DNA from: an uncultured Myxococcales bacterium
Lineage (GTDB): Bacteria > Myxococcota > UBA4151
Assembly: GCA_964013405.1 (NCBI GenBank)
Contig: CAXGWI010000005.1
Coordinates: 10,792-74,791 of the forward strand
DNA length: 64,000 nucleotides
Direction: 5' to 3'
Shown: positions 1 through 7,893 of the stretch, in pieces
Layout of the letters: every line of letters starts with the position of its first letter
Numbering within the stretch: the stretch's first letter is position 1
Notes under the pieces: generated by a model
Database searches by the model: none
What the model was told of the DNA's origin: nothing
The model's input: only the letters and a program-made list of their open reading frames with translations
Made by a program: the position numbers and the translations under genes

Positions 1-744
1 CGCCTGCACGCTCATGGGCATCTCGCCGATCTCGTCGAGAAACAAGGTGCCGCCGTCGGCCTCCTGGAAGCGGCCGATTCGCTTGCGGTCGGCCCCCGTA
101 AAGGCCCCCCGGGTGTGACCGAACAACTCGCTCTCAAGAAGGCTTTCGGGGATGGCCGCGCAATTGATGGCCACGAAGGGCTTGGTGCCCCGGGGGCCGC
201 CGTAGTGCAGGGCCCGGGCTGCCAACTCTTTGCCGCTGCCACTGTCCCCTTGAATCAGGATCGGGAGATCGGAGGGGGCGAGGCGGTCCAATTGTTGTCG
301 CAACTGGTCCACAGCCGCACTGGCACCGAGAATCTCACTGCCGCTCTTTTGCGCCACCTGGTGGCGCAGCCGCTCCACCTCGCTGCGCATTCGGACCCGC
401 TCGCCGGCCCGGCGGACCGTCTCCACCATCAAGTCGGGATCGAGGGGTTTGGTCAGGAAGTGGAAGGCGCCATCGCCCATGGCCCGGGCCGCCACATCGG
501 CCGTGCCGTAGGCGGTCATCAACACCAGCTCAGGGGCGGCCCGCTCGCTCTTCAAGGTGCTCAGCAAATCGAGGCCGTCCATGCCAGGCAGCATCAAATC
601 GGTGAGCACCACCTCGCAAGGAGGACGGGCGGCCAGATAGTCTTCGGCCCGTTCAAATGCGGTCACGTCGAAGCCGGCCCGGGCCAGGATGGCGGCGGCG
701 ACTCGACGCCCCCCCGGGTCGTCCTCTACCAGGCTGACGCGCAA
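1..744 (-). CDS. Sigma54-dependent response regulator (REC + AAA+), NtrC family; 3' part runs off the window
   Basis: Not in the ORF track (no stop in window). Manual translation from TTG at 744 (GAGGGGAG SD upstream): [12 protein letters not shown]...[13 protein letters not shown]...LTKP (REC), then [46 protein letters not shown]. Confidence 0.93.
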   Translation of the reverse strand, partial: MRVSLVEDDPGGRRVAAAILARAGFDVTAFERAEDYLAARPPCEVVLTDLMLPGMDGLDLLSTLKSERAAPELVLMTAYGTADVAARAMGDGAFHFLTKPLDPDLMVETVRRAGERVRMRSEVERLRHQVAQKSGSEILGASAAVDQLRQQLDRLAPSDLPILIQGDSGSGKELAARALHYGGPRGTKPFVAINCAAIPESLLESELFGHTRGAFTGADRKRIGRFQEADGGTLFLDEIGEMPMSVQA

Positions 745-801
745 GGCTTGTTCTCCCCTCTAAAGCTGGTGCAGTCTTCGTACGAAAAGGGGACTTAGTC
801 C

Positions 802-2289
802 ATGGGCAAACTGCCCTTCGGTCCGGTGATTGCTGCGAGCCTTAGTGGGCCCGGATCTTCCCTACAGTTCGCAGATCACCAGCGCCGGGACCAACCGGAA
901 GCGGGGAGCCTCGATGCTGCCCATTTCTTGCTGGTGGTGGCCGAGCGCGCCGTCCTGCATTCGGTGCAGCGGGCCGGCCATCGGCCCAGTCGCTGCGTTG
1001 TCCTTGCCGAGCAACAACAGTTGCTGGAGCGGGCCGGTGCCGATCCGGTCAAGCCCCCGGCCGCCAGCCTGCCCCCCGAGCAGATCCATGGGCTGCTGCA
1101 GCGCATCGCCCCGGATTTGGCCCGTTATGGACTCACCGGGGTGTCCCGCTTGGAGGCGGACTTTGCCCCGGTTCTGGAGGCCATGGAGGCCCGGGGCCTG
1201 CCCTTGGACGTGCCCGCCTGGCGGCAGGTGCTCGCCGAGGCTGAGGGCCGGGCTGCGGCCGCCCGCACCCGACTCGGGGCCTCTGTGGGTACGGATTTAA
1301 CCGGCAATCCGAACCTGGAGCCCGGCGAGCGAGGCCGTATTCTGGCCTGGTTTCAAGCCGAGGGTTACCCCATCCAGTCCACCTCGAAACACGCCCTCGG
1401 GGGCCTCGATCATCCCGCGGCCAAGGCCCTGCTGGACTGGCGGGAGGCCGCCAAACTCACCAGCACCTACGAGGGCTATCTCGACCGCCTGGCCGGAGGG
1501 CGTATCTTTGGTCGCTTTCAAGGCCTGGGCGCGGCCAGTGGGCGCATGAGCTGCGGTCACCCTAATCTGCAAAACATCCCGGCCCGTCTCCGGCCCTGCG
1601 TCCGGGCCCCGGAGGGGCGGGTCTTGGTCAGCGCAGACTATTCGGGCTGCGAGCTGCGCATCGTCGCCGCCCTGTCCCGAGACGAGGCCCTCATCGAAGC
1701 CCTCCTCGAAGCCGACTTTCACTCGGCCGTGGCCCGCCGGCTTTTTAATCAGCCGGTCTCCAAAACCGAAAACCCCGAGCTTCGACACCAGGCGAAGGGC
1801 ATCAACTTTGGCCTGCTCTACGGCATGGGGGCCAAGTCCTTGGGTCAGGATCTAGGCATCAGCACCTCCGAGGCCCGGGCTTTGATGGACCGTTATTTTG
1901 AGGGCTTTCCCCGCCTGGCCCAGTGGCGAAAAGAAGCCCTCGAAGCCCCCAAGCAGCAGGGCTTTTTGCGGACTCGACTCGGCCGTCGCCTCGCCGTGGA
2001 TCGGCAACGGGACATCGGGCCCTTAGCCCTGAACTTTCCGGTTCAAGGAGGCGGGGCAGACTTGATCAAACGGGCGGCAGTCCGGGTGGAGCAGGGCCTC
2101 GCAAAAGCGGGTCTCGATGGCCAGTTGGTCAACATGATTCACGACGAACTTCTCCTCGAAGCCTCCGCGCCCGATGGGCAAGCGGTGGCCGAGTTGGTCA
2201 AGGGGGAGATGATCACCGCCGGGGCCGAGTTGTTCAAGGAAGTCCCGATGGCCGTCGACGCCGCCGTCTCGGCGAACTGGGCCCACTAG
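802..2289 (+). CDS. Short family-A DNA polymerase (PolA-like polymerase domain with no 5' nuclease and a vestigial N-terminus)
   Basis: Motif A DYSGCELR, motif B RHQAKGINFGLLYG, SGRMSCGHPNLQNIP, NFPVQGGGADLIK, motif C MIHDELLLE. Only 495 aa. AAGGGGA SD upstream. Confidence 0.9.
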   Translation: MGKLPFGPVIAASLSGPGSSLQFADHQRRDQPEAGSLDAAHFLLVVAERAVLHSVQRAGHRPSRCVVLAEQQQLLERAGADPVKPPAASLPPEQIHGLLQRIAPDLARYGLTGVSRLEADFAPVLEAMEARGLPLDVPAWRQVLAEAEGRAAAARTRLGASVGTDLTGNPNLEPGERGRILAWFQAEGYPIQSTSKHALGGLDHPAAKALLDWREAAKLTSTYEGYLDRLAGGRIFGRFQGLGAASGRMSCGHPNLQNIPARLRPCVRAPEGRVLVSADYSGCELRIVAALSRDEALIEALLEADFHSAVARRLFNQPVSKTENPELRHQAKGINFGLLYGMGAKSLGQDLGISTSEARALMDRYFEGFPRLAQWRKEALEAPKQQGFLRTRLGRRLAVDRQRDIGPLALNFPVQGGGADLIKRAAVRVEQGLAKAGLDGQLVNMIHDELLLEASAPDGQAVAELVKGEMITAGAELFKEVPMAVDAAVSANWAH

Positions 2290-2329
2290 TCGTTCTTTTC
2301 GTTTGAGCCTTCGGTCCCTTGTGTCGTTG

Positions 2330-2350
2330 GGGTCCGTAGGACCCTTTTTT
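2330..2350 (+). terminator. Putative intrinsic terminator downstream of the polymerase gene
   Basis: GGGTCC-GTA-GGACCC hairpin followed directly by TTTTTT. Confidence 0.55.
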
Positions 2351-2381
2351 GCAAAGGGTCATGACAAGGAGCTCACCCCTG

Positions 2382-4691
2382 ATGTCCCAACCCCAACCGA
2401 CGCGAATTCTCCAGTCCATCTACGACGAGTCCCAGCGGCTCTGTGCGGAGGTGGGTCGGCGCCATGACCCCCACAGCTTTTATGTGCTCATGGCCTTGTT
2501 CACCGTGGAGAATCAGGCCGGTCATCTGCTGCGCTTGTCCGGCTTCTCCGAGGACATCCTGCTCGACAACTTCCCCAACGACTGGAGTGAGCAAGAAGGG
2601 GCCCTCGGGCGCCTGCAGGCCGATTGCACCGAGCTGGCCCACCGCATGGGCGATGATCGGGTGAACTCCCTCCATCTGCTCTTCGCCCTCGCCACCGACG
2701 AAGAGGGCCGGGCCCGGGAAGCCCTGCAGCGCAGCGGCCTCCAGATCGGTGTTAGCCTCGCCAAAGTCCTCGATCGCTGCGAACGGGTGCTGGTGCGGGC
2801 TCAAAGGGGCCAAAGTCGCATGGGCAGCGTCCCCGAAGCGAAGGTTGCCCACGGCGCCACAAGAACCCGCCCGCCGGTGGCCCGCACCCTGCCGCCGATG
2901 GTGGCGCCGGGCGAAGAGTATAAGACCCTCGCGCCCCAGTGGGTCGAGCCCGAACAGAGCCCGACACCCACTCTGGACAAGCTCTGCGAAGACATGACCG
3001 CCCTGGCCTTGACCGGGGCCATCAGCCCCATCGTTGGCCGGGGGCAGGAGTTAGAAAAAATCCTCGATATTCTCGGCAAGAGGCGCAGCAACAATCCGGT
3101 GATCGTCGGCCCCCCCGGGGTGGGGAAGACCGCCCTGGTCGAGGGCCTCGCCTACCGGCTTCAGGAGGCCGGCGATGAGCGGCGCATTCTGGGGCTCGAC
3201 GTGGGGCGACTGCTGGCCGGAACCGGTCTGCGGGGCTCCCTCTCCGATCGGCTCGGCCGCTTGCGCCAAGAGATCCAGGACAGCGATCAGGCCGTGGTGC
3301 TCTTCATCGATGAGATTCACGGTCTGCTCGGTTCCGGCGAGGGGGTGAATCAGGAGATCGCCGGCGAGTTGAAGGCCGCCCTCGCCCGGGGGCAATTGCC
3401 CTGCATCGGCGCCACCACCGAGGACGAATACCGCATGGTCTTCGCCAAAGACCCGGCCTTGTCCCGCCGCTTCAGTCCCGTCTTCATCGCCGAGCCCAGC
3501 AAGGAGGAAGCCTTTCAGATGCTTCAGGGCTCGGCCTCGGCCTATGGCTGCCACCACGGCTTGGAATTGCCCGACGACGCCCTGCGGGCCGCTGTCGATC
3601 TCTCCCATCGTTATCTGGACGAGGGGCAGCTGCCGGCCAAGGCCTTCGACCTCCTCGACCTGGCGGCCAGTCGAGCTCAACGTACGGGGGCCACAGCCCT
3701 CAGCGTCGAAGCCGTCGCCGGGGTGGTGGCCGAGCGGGCCCGGATGCCCATCGAGCGGTTGCTGGGCGGCGACGAAGAAAAACTCCTGCAGTTCGAAGCC
3801 GAGTTGGCCCAGCGGGTCGTCGGTCACGATGAAGCGCTCCACAAGATCGCCACCACCCTGCGGCGCAATCGGGCCGGCTTCGGTGGCGACAAGCCCATCG
3901 GCTCCTTCTTACTTCTGGGGCCCACCGGCGTGGGCAAGACGGAGGTGGCCCGAGCCACGGCCGAGGCGCTCTTTGGTCGCCACGACGACATGCTGCGCTT
4001 CGACATGGGGGAGTTCACCGAAGCCCACAGCGTGGCTCGCTTGATCGGCGCACCCCCCGGCTACGTCGGCCACGAAGAAGGAGGCCAACTCACCGAAGGT
4101 ATTCGCCGCCGCCCCTACCGAGTCCTGCTCTTCGACGAGATCGAAAAGGGCCACCCCGATGTTTTACAAGTCCTCCTCGCGCTCCTCGATGAAGGTCGAG
4201 TCAGCGACTCCCGGGGCTTTACGGTCGATGCCCGCCACTGCGTGGTCTTTCTCACCTCCAACTTGGGAGCCCGCCGGGCGACCCAGCGGAGCGTTGGTTT
4301 CGGCGGTGGCTCCCGGGATGTGGGAGGCGATGTCCTGGCGGAGGCGAAGCGCAAGTTGCCCCCCGAGTTCTTCAATCGCTTGGACGAAGTCCTCGCCTTT
4401 GAGCCCCTGACGCCGGCCGAGGCCCGGGCCATCGCCGAGCGCCTGATGGAGGCCTCCCTTGACCGCTTCCACGAGCATCGTCGGATCACCGTCGACGTGG
4501 AAGAGCGCGTCTTCGATTGGTTGGTGGAGGAGGGCTATTCGGAGGCTGATGGGGCCCGACCCATGCGACGGACGGTGCAGAATGTCCTCGAGTCGGCCCT
4601 GGCAGAAGCGGTCTTAAAGGGCGACTTGGCCGACGGTGGCGAGGCCCAACTGGTGCTCGGCGCCACCGGGCCTGAGGTCCGATGCGCCTAG
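2382..4691 (+). CDS. ATP-dependent Clp protease ATP-binding subunit, ClpA/ClpC type (two AAA+ modules, no long middle domain)
   Basis: Clp N-domain (HLLFAL), Walker A GPPGVGKT and GPTGVGKT, Walker B LFIDEIH and LFDEIEK, LIGAPPGYVG, ClpP-docking-like VGF loop, GARPMRR. Start placed at ATG 2382 behind AAGGAG. Confidence 0.9.
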   Translation: MSQPQPTRILQSIYDESQRLCAEVGRRHDPHSFYVLMALFTVENQAGHLLRLSGFSEDILLDNFPNDWSEQEGALGRLQADCTELAHRMGDDRVNSLHLLFALATDEEGRAREALQRSGLQIGVSLAKVLDRCERVLVRAQRGQSRMGSVPEAKVAHGATRTRPPVARTLPPMVAPGEEYKTLAPQWVEPEQSPTPTLDKLCEDMTALALTGAISPIVGRGQELEKILDILGKRRSNNPVIVGPPGVGKTALVEGLAYRLQEAGDERRILGLDVGRLLAGTGLRGSLSDRLGRLRQEIQDSDQAVVLFIDEIHGLLGSGEGVNQEIAGELKAALARGQLPCIGATTEDEYRMVFAKDPALSRRFSPVFIAEPSKEEAFQMLQGSASAYGCHHGLELPDDALRAAVDLSHRYLDEGQLPAKAFDLLDLAASRAQRTGATALSVEAVAGVVAERARMPIERLLGGDEEKLLQFEAELAQRVVGHDEALHKIATTLRRNRAGFGGDKPIGSFLLLGPTGVGKTEVARATAEALFGRHDDMLRFDMGEFTEAHSVARLIGAPPGYVGHEEGGQLTEGIRRRPYRVLLFDEIEKGHPDVLQVLLALLDEGRVSDSRGFTVDARHCVVFLTSNLGARRATQRSVGFGGGSRDVGGDVLAEAKRKLPPEFFNRLDEVLAFEPLTPAEARAIAERLMEASLDRFHEHRRITVDVEERVFDWLVEEGYSEADGARPMRRTVQNVLESALAEAVLKGDLADGGEAQLVLGATGPEVRCA

Positions 4692-5389
4692 GCGTCGTCG
4701 GCCGGGGGCCGGTCGGGCGCTATTTAGCAGCCCGCCTGGAGCCGGCTTTTTGGACCGGGCGAGAGCTGCTTTTGAGCGAGGGGCTCGACGGGGTCATCCT
4801 CGCGGTACCCGATGGGGCCATCGCCAGCACCGCAGAGCAGGTCGTGGCCCGCTACCGGCCCGGCGCGCTCATCCATTGCAGTGGCGCCACCGCCCTCGAC
4901 GCCTTGGGCACCGAGACCGAGCGGGCCGTCTGGCATCCCATGCGCCCCTTTCCCGTGGGCGAGCATATCGAGACCCTCGATTGTGTGGTGGGGCTGCGGG
5001 GTGACGCCCAATGGGTCGACCGCCTGACCACCTGGAGCCGAGCCTGGGGCGGCAGCCCGGTCTGTCTCAGCGAAGACCAGGCCCTGCGGGTCCACTTGGC
5101 CTGCTGCTATGCGGCCGGCGCGACGGCCCTCATGACGACCCTGGCTCGCCAACATTTCCTCGCCGCAGGTTTGGCGCCTGAGGCCATGAAGCAGGCCATT
5201 CGTGGGCTCTCCGGGCCGGCCCTCGAAGCCGTGCTCGACCACGGCGCCCAGGCCATCACGGGCCCGGCAAGGCGGGCAGACCATGATGTGATGGCTGCCC
5301 ACCGTCAGCTTCAGGATGGGGCTGAGGCGGCCCTTGCTGACGCCCTTTTTGGCCAACTCAAGGCCCTGGGATTGATCCCCCCAAGCTAA
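4682..5389 (+). CDS. Rossmann-like/DUF2520 oxidoreductase (PanG-like family)
   Basis: GVVGRGPVG, LAVPDGAI, HCSGA, HPMRPF and TGPARRAD motifs. Overlaps the clp stop. Confidence 0.75.
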   Translation: MRLGVVGRGPVGRYLAARLEPAFWTGRELLLSEGLDGVILAVPDGAIASTAEQVVARYRPGALIHCSGATALDALGTETERAVWHPMRPFPVGEHIETLDCVVGLRGDAQWVDRLTTWSRAWGGSPVCLSEDQALRVHLACCYAAGATALMTTLARQHFLAAGLAPEAMKQAIRGLSGPALEAVLDHGAQAITGPARRADHDVMAAHRQLQDGAEAALADALFGQLKALGLIPPS

Positions 5390-5414
5390 GGGAAATCCGG
5401 TAAGGGGCGGCGCC

Positions 5415-6689
5415 ATGAATGCCGCCACCGCCACCTTAGCGCCCCCCAGGGGGGAACTCAGCCGGAGTCCGGCGGCCCAATGGGTTGGCGAAGAAGCAGC
5501 CCGCCTCGGCCTGTTGGTCAGTCAGTTCGAAGCTTGGGAGCCCCCGCCGACGCCGGCCCATTGGTTGCCGGAAGGTCGCCCGGATCTGACCGTGGCGCCC
5601 CGTTGGCAGCGAGGGGTCTTGGTGGAGGGAAAATACCAGGCCCACACCCACGACCGCCGCATCGCCAGTTACCACCCAGGTTATCGGGCAAAATGGATGG
5701 CCCATGAGTATCTCCATGGGATCGTCGGCTTTGCTTGGCATCCTGAGGGCTCGGATTTCTTCCACGCCCTCGCCGCTTGGCAGGCGGAGATTCTGCCCGT
5801 GGCGATCTGGTACTTCCACGACGAGTATGGCCTGCGGCGCTGTCCGGAGCATCAGGGCGGTGGACCGCTGTTTCGTGTCTTTTGTGCGGCCTGCGAAACG
5901 GTGGCTGGCGACGGGCCCCTGGCCCCATCGAACGACGATCGATGCCGGTGGTATGAAGCCGGTCGAGCCTTCGTTGAAGAACAGCTCGCCGGCGTTCGAG
6001 CCAGCGTCAAAGCAGGCGATTTTGAGGCCCGGCCTTGGGCGAGCCTCGATCTCGCCAGTGATGGCACGGCCTACGCCCAGGCCCAAAGTGGCCGGCTGGA
6101 GAGCGAGGCTTTCCGCCGCTTCATGGACCTTTTTCCGCCCCCAGCCGACAGCCTCGAAGCCTTCGAAGCCCGGATCCTCCAGGTGCTGGATGCCCTGGAG
6201 CAGGGACATGCTCTCGACGAGCCAGGGAGCGATTGGCGGGCCCGGGACCTGTGTTGGCGCTTGTTGAGTTTGTGGAGCGATTGCGAGGGGGAAGTTCGTG
6301 AGCACATTCTCGATCTCGCCCAGCAGCAAGCCCAGGGCTTCGATCAGTTCCCGGCCGTGCTCGCTGCTTATCGCCAACTCCATGAGGACTGGTACCTGCC
6401 CGAGGCCGACGGGCTTTTTGCGGTGGGCTATCCCCTTGGCTTCGACGGTTTGGGGCGCTCCATCCCCCGAGTGCGGGCCGGGCTCGCCAGCGTTTGTCCC
6501 CTCACCCTTGAGGCCGCTGATCCGAGCTTGATTCAGGCTTTTGCGAGTCAGGACGGTCTTGAGCGCAGCCCCCTCGTGCAGCGGTTTCAGCGCTTTCTAG
6601 AGCGGCAAGATGTCGGCGCTGAGCTGGGGGAACTCATGGCCATGGAAGCTCGGGCTGCCCGCCTGGCAAGGGGGGGAGAAGCCCCATGA
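5415..6689 (+). CDS. Hypothetical protein with HExxH motif, Cys/His cluster and DUF2063-like C-terminus
   Basis: AHEYLHG with downstream E (WQAEIL); CPEH-x10-CAAC; C-terminal FQRFL...LGELMAME. Lies in operon context. Confidence 0.7.
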   Translation: MNAATATLAPPRGELSRSPAAQWVGEEAARLGLLVSQFEAWEPPPTPAHWLPEGRPDLTVAPRWQRGVLVEGKYQAHTHDRRIASYHPGYRAKWMAHEYLHGIVGFAWHPEGSDFFHALAAWQAEILPVAIWYFHDEYGLRRCPEHQGGGPLFRVFCAACETVAGDGPLAPSNDDRCRWYEAGRAFVEEQLAGVRASVKAGDFEARPWASLDLASDGTAYAQAQSGRLESEAFRRFMDLFPPPADSLEAFEARILQVLDALEQGHALDEPGSDWRARDLCWRLLSLWSDCEGEVREHILDLAQQQAQGFDQFPAVLAAYRQLHEDWYLPEADGLFAVGYPLGFDGLGRSIPRVRAGLASVCPLTLEAADPSLIQAFASQDGLERSPLVQRFQRFLERQDVGAELGELMAMEARAARLARGGEAP

Positions 6690-7885
6690 GCCCAGGCCAG
6701 CAACCCAGCTTCAAACTAATCTATCTGACGGCCTTTACCCACCTCTTTGGCTTCGGCTTGCTGTTGCCCCAGCTGCCCCAGTTGGTCTCGGGTCTGGGCG
6801 GCGCAGGATTTTGGTATGGGCTCGTGGTCACCGTCTACGCCGGTGGGCAATTCGTCGGCGGGCCCCTCCTGGGGCGTCTCAGTGATCGGATCGGCCGCAA
6901 GCCGGTCCTTCTGCTCAGCTTAGGCGCAAGTGCAGCCGTCCTCTTCGCCACGGCCTATGTGGATAGCCTCCTCGCATTGACCTTGGCTCGACTGGCTGCC
7001 GGTCTGGCCGCTGGCGCCATTTTGACCTGCCAGGCCGTGATCGCCGATCACACCCAACCCGAGAAGCGGGCCGCCACCCTCGGCAGCCTCGGGGCCTCCA
7101 TGGGCCTGGGTTTCGTCGTCGGCCCAGCCTTGGGCGCGGTGCTCTCCGATTTTGGATTTTCCGGTGCCTGCTTTACCGCCGCCATCGCCCTGGGTCTGAA
7201 CCTGCTGGTGGTCCAGTTTGGTTTTGCGGAGCGGGCGCCCCTCCATTCGAGCCCAAGCAGTGCCGTGCCGCCGGGCCTGGGGCAGTTGGCCCAGTACCTC
7301 CAGCGGCCGATCGTCGGTCGGGTCCTGGTGGCTTGTTTCCTTTCAGCCATCGCATTAACGGCCCTGCGGGGCAGCTTTCCCATGTACATGCAGGATCGTT
7401 TCCTCCTCGGGCCCCGCGGGCTCGGCATGGTCTTTACGTGGATCGGTCTCTTTGCTGTCTTCAGTCAGGGCGTGTTGGTGCGCATCCTCGTTCGTCGCTG
7501 GGATGAACAACGGGTTGCCCGCCTGGGCATCGCTCTCCTGGCCGTCTGCCTGGGCTTGTTGCCACTGGTCCCCAGTCTGGGGGCCGCCCTTGCGGTGGTG
7601 GCAGGTCTCGCTCTGGGGCAGGGCCTCTTTATACCGACCCTGACCGCCGTGCTGAGTCGGGCCACGTCAGCCCATGAACAGGGGATCGTTTTGGGCCTGG
7701 GTCAATCGGCCACGGCCCTGGCCCGCAGTTTAGGCCCCGTCAGCGTCGGCATCCTCTACGACCAGAACATGGCGCTGCCCTATTATGCGGCCGCGGTGAC
7801 GGCCGCGGTCGCCCTGTTGATCATGTACGGACTCGGCTCGCAGCGGGAGCGCCATCACCGTGCACCTGAAGTTGGAATGGGCTAG
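6686..7885 (+). CDS. MFS transporter, TetA/DHA1-like efflux family
   Basis: GRLSDRIGRKPVL motif A, GFVVGPALG antiporter motif, about 12 hydrophobic segments. ATGA overlap with the upstream gene. Confidence 0.92.
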   Translation: MSPGQQPSFKLIYLTAFTHLFGFGLLLPQLPQLVSGLGGAGFWYGLVVTVYAGGQFVGGPLLGRLSDRIGRKPVLLLSLGASAAVLFATAYVDSLLALTLARLAAGLAAGAILTCQAVIADHTQPEKRAATLGSLGASMGLGFVVGPALGAVLSDFGFSGACFTAAIALGLNLLVVQFGFAERAPLHSSPSSAVPPGLGQLAQYLQRPIVGRVLVACFLSAIALTALRGSFPMYMQDRFLLGPRGLGMVFTWIGLFAVFSQGVLVRILVRRWDEQRVARLGIALLAVCLGLLPLVPSLGAALAVVAGLALGQGLFIPTLTAVLSRATSAHEQGIVLGLGQSATALARSLGPVSVGILYDQNMALPYYAAAVTAAVALLIMYGLGSQRERHHRAPEVGMG

Positions 7886-7893
7886 AGAGAAAC

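Noticed and set aside
767..781. TGGTGCAGTCTTCGT as a sigma54 -24/-12 promoter for the polymerase gene
   Set aside because: It gives GG-N10-GT, not the near-invariant GG-N10-GC.
115..798. 227-aa plus-strand ORF in the track
   Set aside because: Antisense shadow of the sigma54 response regulator on the minus strand, which carries all the family motifs.
802..4691. Polymerase plus Clp ATPase as a prophage or T6SS (ClpV) remnant
   Set aside because: There are no phage, integrase or T6SS genes nearby, composition matches the host, and the Clp protein has a ClpP-docking-like loop.
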